Shown in pieces: positions 1 through 8,698 of a stretch of 64,000 nt of DNA. Position numbers and translations under genes: made by a program. The stretch comes from Candidatus Obscuribacteraceae bacterium (GTDB lineage Bacteria > Cyanobacteriota > Vampirovibrionia > Obscuribacterales > Obscuribacteraceae). Under the pieces are notes generated by a model that saw only the letters and a program-made list of their open reading frames with translations, was not told the DNA's origin and searched no databases. The DNA is taken from assembly GCA_044226015.1 (NCBI GenBank), contig JBGAHS010000007.1, forward strand, positions 96,001-160,000. The letters run 5' to 3'. Within the stretch, counting starts at the first letter, position 1. Every line of letters starts with the position of its first letter.

Positions 1-1
1 A

Positions 2-493
2 CTTGAAAGTTCAGCAACCAATACTGTAGTCGGGAAACACGCCTATATTCCGCCTGAACAATTCAGAGGCAAAGCAACTGAACAAAGTGATATCTATGCT
101 ATCGGAGGAACAATGCATTTCCTTTTGACAGGTGCAAATCCTGAACCTATGTCTGTCTCCTCACCGCACAGTATAAAAAGTTCTGTTAGCGAAGAGTTGG
201 ATGCAATTGTAAGAAAGGCTACAGCCCTTGAGGCGAAAGACCGTTATTCAACTGCATTCGAATTACGCGCTGCCTTGTTTGATCTTGCTCGAAAAAATGC
301 TTACTACCTTTCTGAGCATGTTGAACCGGCTAAGTTTGCTACTGACGCGCCGGCTCAATTAATTGACGTCTCGTTCGATAGTCAGACTATTCAGCTTGAA
401 ACAAGCAGCGAAGAGCTTATTGAAATTGGGTCGAAGCAGAACCCCGGTGCCGTAGAGTCAATCGCTGTCAGAGAGCCGCTCGAAGAGAAGTGA
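2..493 (+). CDS. Ser/Thr protein kinase, C-terminal part (5' truncated by window edge)
   Basis: Frame is open from base 2: LESSATNTVVGKHAYIPPEQFRGKATEQSDIYAIGGTMHFLLTG, matching Hanks kinase subdomains VIII-IX; KDRY matches subdomain XI. Confidence 0.9.
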   Translation, partial: LESSATNTVVGKHAYIPPEQFRGKATEQSDIYAIGGTMHFLLTGANPEPMSVSSPHSIKSSVSEELDAIVRKATALEAKDRYSTAFELRAALFDLARKNAYYLSEHVEPAKFATDAPAQLIDVSFDSQTIQLETSSEELIEIGSKQNPGAVESIAVREPLEEK

Positions 494-521
494 AGTATCC
501 GCTTCTAAGAAAGATTCTTTT

Positions 522-654
522 CAATAAAGTATCCACTCCAATAAAGTATCCACTTCAATAAAGTATCCACTCCAATAAAGTATCCACTCCAATAAAGTAT
601 CCACTTCAATAGGGATCCGATTGAATAGGGATCCGATTGAATAGCGATCCACTT
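522..654. repeat. Tandem repeat: five 17-bp units CAATAAAGTATCCACT(C/T) plus three 16-bp variants
   Basis: Units start at 522, 539, 556, 573, 590; variants (e.g. GAATAGGGATCCGATT) start at 607, 623, 639. Confidence 0.95.
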
Positions 655-673
655 CAATGATGGCAGAGCACAC

Positions 674-1948
674 TTAGAGGTTGCTGACTGACTTATTCAA
701 TTTAACGACCCTCAGGCAGTTTTCCGCAGAGTGCGAAGAAGTCTGAAGTTTAGTCAGCTTGGATAGAGCGAGGCTAGTCTTGCTTCGCGCTCCTGACTGC
801 TCTTCCACAAACTTCAGGTCTTTGCCTGGGACGTTCGAATAGGACATACTGCACATCAGGTCTACTGGAATCTTATGCCCTATCACTCCACTATCTAAGT
901 TGGTGAAATCGATAGTTTGCATGCGCTTCTTAAGAGTGCTAAAAAGCTCTGGCTGCGCGTTATCCGTCTTTTCAGCAAGCGGAGTTTGTTTTTCGCTTCC
1001 CTGCAAAGCTGTTTTTGCAACATTTGCCAGATTGTCAGCGCATTCACCAAATCTGGCGTAGCCTCCATGCACCATCTGCGACAGCGCCAGCGCTTTGTCA
1101 CGCTGCGACATGTACAATCGCACGGTTGTGGTGCCTTCCGCAGCGAGGTATCGGCGGGCATAATGCTTAACCAATCCTCCATCCACATCAGGACATATCA
1201 GCGCAACTTCCTTGATGAACGACTTTCCACACAACACAGCCATGCCACGAACAATCAGTCGCGTGCCCATAGAATGGGCGAACAGTCGGAGTTTCAACTG
1301 TGGGTCGGCCTCGCAGATTTCTTGCATCTTCATCCCTACGTCGTTGAAGTGTTCCTGGCTCCACTCATTGTTGTTTTCATCAGAGTTGTAGGAACGCAGC
1401 TTTGCTACCGAAGGCCACGAGTAGAGAACCACGGGACTTTCGTACGCGTAGGAGAACCTGCCGGCAGTACGAAATGCGGCATCGAATGTGTTTTTGTATC
1501 CGTGTGCGAAGAGCACAATTTCTTTACGAGAGGTCTTAAGCGCTGTTTCTCGTAGTTTTGAGTAAAATGTTGATTGAACTGTAGCAAAGTCTTTGGCATC
1601 AATTGTTCGAACTACTGTTTCGCCTTCCTTGTCGGTAGGAGAAGCCGGTGCCCAGCCTTGTTCGGTGAGTTCTGAGCTGAGCGATTTTCCGGTGGCATTC
1701 TTTATGACGCAATATCCCACGCCCATAAAGGGGTCATGCAAGCAGTCACCGATATGTTTTCGATGAGGACCAAAAACTGCTCCTTTGTCCTTCGAATCGG
1801 TTTCGAGGTTTCGATCTGTCACAAAATAGACAGGTACGCGAACCATGTCGGGAACAACGGGTTCTGCTATTGCATTACAGAAAACAAAACTCAAGGCAAC
1901 GAAGGCGAGTAGCGCGACAAAGTGCAAGTAGATATGCCTATTTTTCAT
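674..1948 (-). CDS. Secreted alpha/beta hydrolase (DUF900-like)
   Basis: Signal peptide, VYFVTDR, FAHGYKNTF, YSWPS and the AHSMG nucleophile elbow. Start taken at MKNRH (1948); the ORF extends to 1972. Confidence 0.8.
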   Translation of the reverse strand: MKNRHIYLHFVALLAFVALSFVFCNAIAEPVVPDMVRVPVYFVTDRNLETDSKDKGAVFGPHRKHIGDCLHDPFMGVGYCVIKNATGKSLSSELTEQGWAPASPTDKEGETVVRTIDAKDFATVQSTFYSKLRETALKTSRKEIVLFAHGYKNTFDAAFRTAGRFSYAYESPVVLYSWPSVAKLRSYNSDENNNEWSQEHFNDVGMKMQEICEADPQLKLRLFAHSMGTRLIVRGMAVLCGKSFIKEVALICPDVDGGLVKHYARRYLAAEGTTTVRLYMSQRDKALALSQMVHGGYARFGECADNLANVAKTALQGSEKQTPLAEKTDNAQPELFSTLKKRMQTIDFTNLDSGVIGHKIPVDLMCSMSYSNVPGKDLKFVEEQSGARSKTSLALSKLTKLQTSSHSAENCLRVVKLNKSVSNL

Positions 1949-2226
1949 TTCCATTAAGACCCACGATTTCAAGAAGCTTTGGGATCTTAGCTGATTCAGG
2001 AGGTTGTCACGTTATGCCGAAATAATCCAGAAATGGGCACAATGCAAACCTGAAGGACAGTTTTGGCTTGCAGTAAGGAGTCTGGCGGATATCTAAAATG
2101 TATAGAGGCGATATGATAGGAATCGGAATGTCCGTTAAGCACGAGTCTGCGAATCGCCAGTGTCTATTCAGTACAATACGCAACCCATCATCACTGGAAA
2201 TCTCGAGTTGGAATGTTTTGAACGAG

Positions 2227-2793
2227 CTATTGGGGCTGCCAATTTTGGTTCGTCAGCGAGGTCATTACGTGGTCTTGCCATTTGCCTGCAAGATACAAAT
2301 ATTCGCGAGCAAACCCTTCCTCGACAAATCCGAGGCGCTGTAAGACCTTTGCGCTGCGGTCATTGCCAGGAATGTAATTCGCCATCAGTCTGTGCAAGTT
2401 CATGTCATTGAACGCAAAATTTATGGTTTCGACAAGAACTTCATGCATGTATCCGTGCCCTTCTTTTGCTTTTGCAAGACCATAACCGAGATAGCAAAAC
2501 TGCGCAGCACCGCGCAGAATTCCGCTCAAGCTGACGTTTCCGATGGGCACCGGGTTGTCTCTTTCAAACACAAACATTCGCGCTGAAATATCTCGTTCGA
2601 ACTCCAAACGATTTTTTTGAATCTGCGCGGTCCAAAATTCGCCTGTCAAAAAATTGTCTGGCCACACCGGACCCCAGGGTCCAAAGTGCTCTTTGTTGCT
2701 TCCATAAAAATCTATTGCTGCACTTTCTTCGCCATTCTCTAGTAACCTGACAATGCAGCGTTCACTCTGTATAAACGGAAAGGCGCGCAGCAT
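2227..2793 (-). CDS. GNAT N-acetyltransferase, RimJ/RimL family
   Basis: CYLGYGL..EGHGYM, LHRLMANYIPGNDRS, GF..EG.AREYL...GKWQDH. Confidence 0.9.
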   Translation of the reverse strand: MLRAFPFIQSERCIVRLLENGEESAAIDFYGSNKEHFGPWGPVWPDNFLTGEFWTAQIQKNRLEFERDISARMFVFERDNPVPIGNVSLSGILRGAAQFCYLGYGLAKAKEGHGYMHEVLVETINFAFNDMNLHRLMANYIPGNDRSAKVLQRLGFVEEGFAREYLYLAGKWQDHVMTSLTNQNWQPQ

Positions 2794-3046
2794 CAGCGAA
2801 GGAATAGTGCTGGAAGCAAGGATGCAAGAAAGCTAAGTATCATGATCCAAATCACGACTTTATAGTTTTTCTTGAAAAACTCTATCATGGCTGCCTCGGG
2901 AAACAAGAATAAGCTCATTCTATAACAATTTGTGCTAACCATGGTTGCCATGAGGGCGCTTGGGTAATACATCTGCCTAAATAATGGCTAGCACTTGCCT
3001 AAATTTTATTTTGTTCAAGTTACCTTTGAAGTTAGAGGGAGAGAAT

Positions 3047-3493
3047 ATGAAAACTTTGAAGTCTTGTTTGTTGCTTATGCTTGCCGTCGGCTTGACGTTT
3101 GTGCCTCTGGCAAATGCAGACGAGCTTGGACCAAAAGAAACCTATCAAAAGTACAAAGTAGCCTTAGATGCAGCTAGCAAGATTGAAGACCTCAGCCAGT
3201 TTCTTGCAAAGCATGTAAATGATGAGATTGCAAAAACTCCAGCTGATATGAAACCTATGATGTTTGGTTTTATGAAAGAGACTGCACCGCATGCGGTGCA
3301 AATTCTAAAAGAAACTGTAAACGGAAACGAAGCTGTTTTGACTCTGAGCGCCAAAACCGAGCCCGACAAAATCAATGGTGAAAAAGTAAAAGAACAAACC
3401 ACTGGAACTTGCAAATTATTGAAGGAATCTGGTTCCTGGAAAATAGATAAAGAGTCTTGGAACAGCAAGGTTGAAATTGGTGGAACGCACTGA
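3047..3493 (+). CDS. Secreted hypothetical protein
   Basis: GAGGGAGAG RBS before ATG 3047; Sec signal ending ANA; C-terminal LLKESGSWKI resembles NTF2-like small secreted proteins. Confidence 0.7.
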   Translation: MKTLKSCLLLMLAVGLTFVPLANADELGPKETYQKYKVALDAASKIEDLSQFLAKHVNDEIAKTPADMKPMMFGFMKETAPHAVQILKETVNGNEAVLTLSAKTEPDKINGEKVKEQTTGTCKLLKESGSWKIDKESWNSKVEIGGTH

Positions 3494-3556
3494 TTGATTG
3501 TGTTATCGCCGTGGCACTAAAACTATGTGCACTAATTCGGCGGAGTTGCGCTAAGA

Positions 3557-5341
3557 ATGGCGGCAAAATTCAAGGGTAGCAAGAACTGCAAAGTATTGCT
3601 TGCCGCGGGTTTATCCCTTCTGATGGGTCTTAACTTGTCCTCGACAGTCTGCGCTGCCGTTCAGGAAACCGATGACGAGAGGGCAATTGTAGAGAAAATT
3701 CTCGGAACCAAGAAAATTCCCAAAGAGGAAATGCTTCTTTGGCTGGTGTTTTTGAATGAGATTGAAGGGAATTACTCAACATTTCTGCGCTTGGAAGAGC
3801 TTCAGAAATACTACGAGGAGCACAAGTCCAACAAGACCCCCTATCGTAAGGGGTGGTGTGCTGCAAAACTGGCTCACTTCTATTTCTTGAAGGGTTACAA
3901 GCAGAAAGCCGCAGCTCAATGCACTGTTGCTCTTAGCCTGCTGAAAAAAATGCCTGACCCTGCGCGACCTGATGCCACGTTTTTCTACAGAAAGGGGTTA
4001 GAGTCGCTTTATCCGGTACTGTACAAGTTGCGCAGATTTAAGGAGGGCATCGACGCTAAAGTGGCTTATGACGATGCGATTAAATACCTCGGCAAACCTG
4101 AAGCTCGCATTTATGGCTGGTTTGGTATTGAAGCTTATTTGAGAGGCGATAACAAGGAAGCGCTTGGCTATTGTGATGAGTCGCAAAAGGCAGACCCCAA
4201 ATATTGCTATCCGCATTTTCTCCGTGCCATGGTTCATTTAGAAGAAGACCGTAGCGAGCGGGCAAGAACTGAGCTATACAGAGCATTGCAAAAGTCGCCA
4301 TTCTTTCCCAGTGCTTACGTCTTTCTTGCTTTCGTCGAGCTGCGGCAAGAACACAGAGATGCTGCAAAGAAATGGTTGGAGCGGAGCCTGTCTCAAGAAC
4401 CGAATGAGCTGGCCTATTTTATTTCGGGCATACTCAAAGCGCAAGAGAAAGACTATGTAGGGGCTGCTGATTATCTAGAGAAATCCGAAGCAGAAATACA
4501 ATATTGGTTTGTTAATGCTGCGCGAGGTGAATGTCTTCTTGAGCTGAGGCGCTACGATGAAGCTATCAAAGAATTTACTTTAGCGATCAGCAGAGCCGAA
4601 AAGAAAGATAGCAAAACGCGCGCGATACTTCATTTTGAAAGAGCTGTTGCCACCGAAAATGGTGGCGATAAGGAAAAAGCGCTGCCCGATCTCGACAAGG
4701 CTATTGAACTTGACCCTTCGAATAAAGAGCTTTTCAAACAACGTGGTGTCTTGCGTTTGGCACTCGGCGATCAAAAGGGCACTTCGGATTACGACGAATA
4801 CTCTCGGCTCGTTTTGGCTGATGAAAACTCTAGCATCTCATCAAAGGAGGGACGACAGAATGTCGTAACTGGCCAAATCATAAAAGGTAAACAAAGAAAG
4901 GGAACGGCAACTGTAGCTGCTAAACCGAGCTGGATAAGTGGCGAGGCAAGTCCGTCAAAGGACGCTGCAGCAGAGGGTTCTTCCACAGCAAATGAGAAGG
5001 ACAAGCGAACTGATTTTGAGAAAAAATTGACTGAGGCGGTTGCTGCCAGCACAAAGGGCAAGTCGGCAGCAGAAAAACCTGCTGCCTTGCGTGATCCATA
5101 TCTGATTTATTTCGAGAATAAGTTATTGCAGGTTGGGCTGCGCAAACCAGGCTTGGAAGCTGTAAAAGGCACCGTCAAAATTGAGTCAGATGGGGTTCCC
5201 ATCGTAGACTCGCAACCTTTGCTTAGAGACCTCGTCAATCGAGCTGCTCCATTTAAGCCTCTTCCAGAAGGTCATTCAGAGCTGCTTGTAGAGTTTTCTC
5301 CTTCCGACGGCACCGTAAAAGTTGAATTTCCTGCGCCTTAG
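3557..5341 (+). CDS. Secreted TPR-repeat protein with possible TonB-C-like C-terminal domain
   Basis: Signal peptide; several TPR helices (EAIKEFTLAI, ALPDLDKAIELDP); tail AAPFKPLPEG..LLVEF. Confidence 0.8.
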   Translation: MAAKFKGSKNCKVLLAAGLSLLMGLNLSSTVCAAVQETDDERAIVEKILGTKKIPKEEMLLWLVFLNEIEGNYSTFLRLEELQKYYEEHKSNKTPYRKGWCAAKLAHFYFLKGYKQKAAAQCTVALSLLKKMPDPARPDATFFYRKGLESLYPVLYKLRRFKEGIDAKVAYDDAIKYLGKPEARIYGWFGIEAYLRGDNKEALGYCDESQKADPKYCYPHFLRAMVHLEEDRSERARTELYRALQKSPFFPSAYVFLAFVELRQEHRDAAKKWLERSLSQEPNELAYFISGILKAQEKDYVGAADYLEKSEAEIQYWFVNAARGECLLELRRYDEAIKEFTLAISRAEKKDSKTRAILHFERAVATENGGDKEKALPDLDKAIELDPSNKELFKQRGVLRLALGDQKGTSDYDEYSRLVLADENSSISSKEGRQNVVTGQIIKGKQRKGTATVAAKPSWISGEASPSKDAAAEGSSTANEKDKRTDFEKKLTEAVAASTKGKSAAEKPAALRDPYLIYFENKLLQVGLRKPGLEAVKGTVKIESDGVPIVDSQPLLRDLVNRAAPFKPLPEGHSELLVEFSPSDGTVKVEFPAP

Positions 5342-5401
5342 TTTCGTGCATGGTTGCTATCTTCTGCTGGTAGAAGGATTACAGAAGCAAATCCGGTTCA
5401 A

Positions 5402-5672
5402 GAAATCACCTACAATACTGACGGAAGCAAGCATCTTAAGAAATTTGAAAACGGTATTCCATCTGGGAAGTTAACTGCTTTTGGTGACTTGGTGCCGCGT
5501 TCTCTCCTACAGCGCATACTATGAAAAGGGAAATGAGCTTTCGGTGCTCAGCCCCAGAAGACTAAGCGGTACAGCGCACTACCAAATGCGCAAATTAGCA
5601 TGGGGAGCGACGCAGAAAATAAACATTGCTCAGTTAAAATTCGAGAGGTGGATACGACAGCGCAATTTTTGA
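5402..5672 (+). pseudogene. Possible frameshifted YwqK/MORN-like repeat gene remnant
   Basis: One frame gives EITYNTDGSKHLKKFENGIPSGKLTAF and a shifted frame continues VLSYSAYYEKGNEL; no intact long ORF. Confidence 0.3.
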
Positions 5673-5726
5673 AACTACCAGTACCGCCAATGACTGGCGC
5701 TTCAATCCAATTTGGTTTAGGTCACA

Positions 5727-5996
5727 CTACTTCTTTCGATCAAATTCCTCGTACGCAGGCCTATCGTTGCGATTTCCAACAACAGTTATGTACAAAGTTT
5801 CGTTGTCAAATTTGTAAATTACCCTGAACTCGCCGACATCTTTCCTATAATGAGAACCGTTTCCAATCGAAATTGAATCGACAGGTCGCGGCTCGTCACA
5901 CAGGCTAGTTATTGCTTGCAGTATTTGCAAGAATTGCTTGCTATCGCGCTTTTTCCAAAAGCGCAGTGCATCATTAGTCAGATTTGGTTTCAGCAT
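5727..5996 (-). CDS. Type II toxin, RelE/ParE family
   Basis: 89 aa; YRKDVGEFRVIY and ITVVGNR; overlaps the upstream antitoxin. Confidence 0.9.
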   Translation of the reverse strand: MLKPNLTNDALRFWKKRDSKQFLQILQAITSLCDEPRPVDSISIGNGSHYRKDVGEFRVIYKFDNETLYITVVGNRNDRPAYEEFDRKK

Positions 5997-6243
5997 TACC
6001 CTTTAGCATCTCTTTGAAGAAGGCTGTTGTAGCCTCAGTTCCGATGTAACCACTGTTTTCGGCCGCTTCCACCCGAGCCAACCAATAGTCGTTCTCAAGC
6101 TTAGTCAACCGCTCGTAATCGGCATGCGGGATGATGACAGCAACAGCACGACCATTTTTCTCGATGGTGACGGGCTCTTTTTGAGCCGCATCAAGCGTTT
6201 CACCGGCTTTGGTTCTCAACTCAGTTGCAGTAATAGTTTTCAT
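5974..6243 (-). CDS. Type II antitoxin, Phd/YefM family
   Basis: MKTITATELR...PVTIEKNGRAVAVII...YERL; GAGG RBS before ATG 6243. Confidence 0.9.
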   Translation of the reverse strand: MKTITATELRTKAGETLDAAQKEPVTIEKNGRAVAVIIPHADYERLTKLENDYWLARVEAAENSGYIGTEATTAFFKEMLKGNAETKSD

Positions 6244-6258
6244 AGCGCAATGCCTCAA

Positions 6259-6415
6259 TTTCAACAAATTCATTAGTTAAGTTAATTAGATTCAGTCGAT
6301 TCAATGGTTTCAGTTAATTCAATTCAAATTCAGTCGATTCAATGGTTCTATAAATTCAATAAAGTTCAAGATTTCAATTAATTCAATGTAGATTCAGTCA
6401 ATTCAACGGTTTCAT
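6259..6415. repeat. Degenerate ~9-bp-periodic TTCA repeat tract
   Basis: TTCA recurs at 6291, 6300, 6309, 6318, 6329, 6338, 6355, 6365, 6373, 6382, 6393, 6402 and 6411; ATTCAGTCGATTCAATGGTT occurs twice. Confidence 0.85.
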
Positions 6416-6436
6416 ATGGTTTTTAGATAAAAACGC

Positions 6437-6492
6437 AATTTATACAAATTGCTCACTATGTATATTCTACACATTTTGTACAAAGTAGTCAA
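6437..6492 (-). promoter_or_regulatory. Sigma70 promoter with operator-like palindromes, upstream of the TA operon
   Basis: Minus strand TTGACT (6492-6487), 17 nt, TAGAAT (6469-6464); TTTGTACAAA palindrome at 6475-6484; near-palindrome AATTTATACAAATT at 6437-6450. Confidence 0.7.
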
Positions 6493-6692
6493 TGTGGACG
6501 AATTGTTGACCTGAAGCTTAATGACCGAAGCAGCACATTGTGTCTTTAGCATTTCGTTCCAAACTCTTGGTTCTGACACTCTCAAAAGCTTTGAGAGTGT
6601 CTTGCACTTTTCTAGAAGGGTAACAAATGAGAAGTCTCTCTTCGAGGCGTCGATGCTCATGTTGACTTGATTGCGGAATGCAACGTCCGCAA

Positions 6693-8624
6693 CTAATCCT
6701 GATTCTCCGCGATTGAGTCGATGTCTTCAATTTCTGCTACTGCTTCTGCATCTTCTATTTGTTCGGATGGTTCAGCTGGGTGCAAGTGGTAATAGATTTT
6801 TTCTGCAACGGCTTCTGGAATGCCAGAAATTGATTTTAAGTCGTCGATGCTCGCTTTTTTTAGTCGGTCGAAACTGTTGAAATTGAGCATCAGAATTTTT
6901 CGGCGAGCTGCGCCTACGTTCGGTAAATCGTCAAAGCCAGATGCAAGTGTGCGCTTTGCTCGCAACTTTCGGTGGAAGGTAACTGCAAATCTGTGGGCTT
7001 CGTCGCGCACCCGTTGCAAAAGAAAAAGTCCCTCGCTTCGTCGCGGCAGCAGAAATGGCATTGAGCGACCAGGCTTATAAACTTCTTCTTGTTTCTTTGC
7101 AAGTCCGACTATGTCTTGTCCTGCTATCTCTAGCTCTGCAAGCGCCTCGCAGGCTGCATTGAGCTGCCCCTTTCCACCGTCTATTATTATTAGTTCTGGA
7201 AATGCTTTTGACTCATCCTTCAATCTTTTGTAGCGGCGCCCGACCACTTCTTTCATCGAAGCAAAGTCATTCGGTTCACCTTCTACACTCTTTATTTTGA
7301 AAGTTCTGTAGTCTGATTTCTTTGCGACGCCGTTTTCGAAAACAACCATGCTCGCTACGTTATCGGTTCCCTGGATATTAGAGATGTCGAAGCACTCTAT
7401 GCGAGCAGGAGGTTTAGATAGCTGAAGATCCTCCTGCAATTTGACCAGCAATTCCATAACTTTCGCATTTGCACCATGCGTTTCTTTGAGGTAATTTTCC
7501 AAAGTCATGCTCGCATTCTTTTGCGCCATCTCGACTAACTTAAGTTTGTCGCCGCGCTCGGGCACGAGAATTTTTACAGAACGTTTGGCTTTCTGTGGCA
7601 AGATTTCTTCAAGCAAACTTTTATCTTCAACATCATGTTGCAGAAGAACCTCTCTCGGAATTGAGATGTCTTCACACTCGTTGTAATACTGTTCTATGAA
7701 TGATTGATATGCTTCTTCGTGAGGTGTTTTTTCTACAAGTTGCATCTCGAATGTTTCTGAGCCAGTCAGCTTTCCTTCTCGCACCTTCATCAAGCAAATG
7801 ATGATAGACCGCTCGGTGTGCGCCTCAGAGATAATGTCCATGCTTACACTCTGGTCTTTGAAAAAGACTTGCTGCTTTTCCAAAATCGAACGTAAAGCCA
7901 GAAGTCTGTCTCTAATTTTTGCGGCTTCTTCGAACTTCAGCGCCTCAGCCGCAAGCTCCATTTCTTTTTCCATCTTATCGACAGCTTGCTTTTGCGAGCC
8001 AGAGAGAAAGAGTTCGACCTGCTGCACCATCTTGTTGTAGAAGTCTTCTTCAACAAGATTTTGACACGGTCCGAGGCAGAGCCCTATGTGATAGTTCATG
8101 CATGGACGGTCTTTGAAAAATGGTGTACGTCGCTGGCGCATTGGAAAAACTTTGCGCAGCACTTTCACCGTTTCCCACATCAAGCCTGTCTCGACATAAG
8201 GTCCAAAAAGTTTTGCCTTAGGATGCGATTTCTTATGTCTTACGGGGTCTCGAACCATCGTGAGTCGTGGGAATTTTTCCGCATAGTCGATGCAAAGCCA
8301 GGGGTATTTTTTGTCGTCTTTCAGGTGAACGTTGTACCGCGGCATGTGCTTGCGTACTAGCGTTGCCTCCAGCAGTAGCGCCTCTTTTTCCGAATTAGTG
8401 ATAATCGTTTCTATATCTTCAATTTTCGGAACGAGCACTGCGAGCTTTGGCCGGTCAAGCCAGGAGGTTGAGTTCCAATATGAACGCACTCGCGATTTTA
8501 ATGACAATGCCTTGCCAATATAAATGATGGATTGGGTCTTGTCCTTGAATATGTAAACACCCGGCTGGTCGGGCAAAGCCGCCAGCTGCTCGTATATTCT
8601 GGAGGTGGAGTCTGAAGTCTTCAT
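6693..8624 (-). CDS. uvrC: Excinuclease ABC subunit C
   Basis: GIY-YIG domain (PGVYIF..IYIGKA), UVR domain, RIECFDISNIQG, IIIDGGKGQ, RDEAHRFA and HhH tail. Confidence 0.98.
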   Translation of the reverse strand: MKTSDSTSRIYEQLAALPDQPGVYIFKDKTQSIIYIGKALSLKSRVRSYWNSTSWLDRPKLAVLVPKIEDIETIITNSEKEALLLEATLVRKHMPRYNVHLKDDKKYPWLCIDYAEKFPRLTMVRDPVRHKKSHPKAKLFGPYVETGLMWETVKVLRKVFPMRQRRTPFFKDRPCMNYHIGLCLGPCQNLVEEDFYNKMVQQVELFLSGSQKQAVDKMEKEMELAAEALKFEEAAKIRDRLLALRSILEKQQVFFKDQSVSMDIISEAHTERSIIICLMKVREGKLTGSETFEMQLVEKTPHEEAYQSFIEQYYNECEDISIPREVLLQHDVEDKSLLEEILPQKAKRSVKILVPERGDKLKLVEMAQKNASMTLENYLKETHGANAKVMELLVKLQEDLQLSKPPARIECFDISNIQGTDNVASMVVFENGVAKKSDYRTFKIKSVEGEPNDFASMKEVVGRRYKRLKDESKAFPELIIIDGGKGQLNAACEALAELEIAGQDIVGLAKKQEEVYKPGRSMPFLLPRRSEGLFLLQRVRDEAHRFAVTFHRKLRAKRTLASGFDDLPNVGAARRKILMLNFNSFDRLKKASIDDLKSISGIPEAVAEKIYYHLHPAEPSEQIEDAEAVAEIEDIDSIAENQD

Positions 8625-8698
8625 GTCATGATTCAGGCGGGCGTAAATGAGGCGCCCTCATCAATATCATATCCAAAACGGCAAATCAAATGATGAAA

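Noticed and set aside
6412..6660. 82-aa minus-strand ORF downstream of uvrC
   Set aside because: No RBS or motif, and it runs through the predicted TA promoter.
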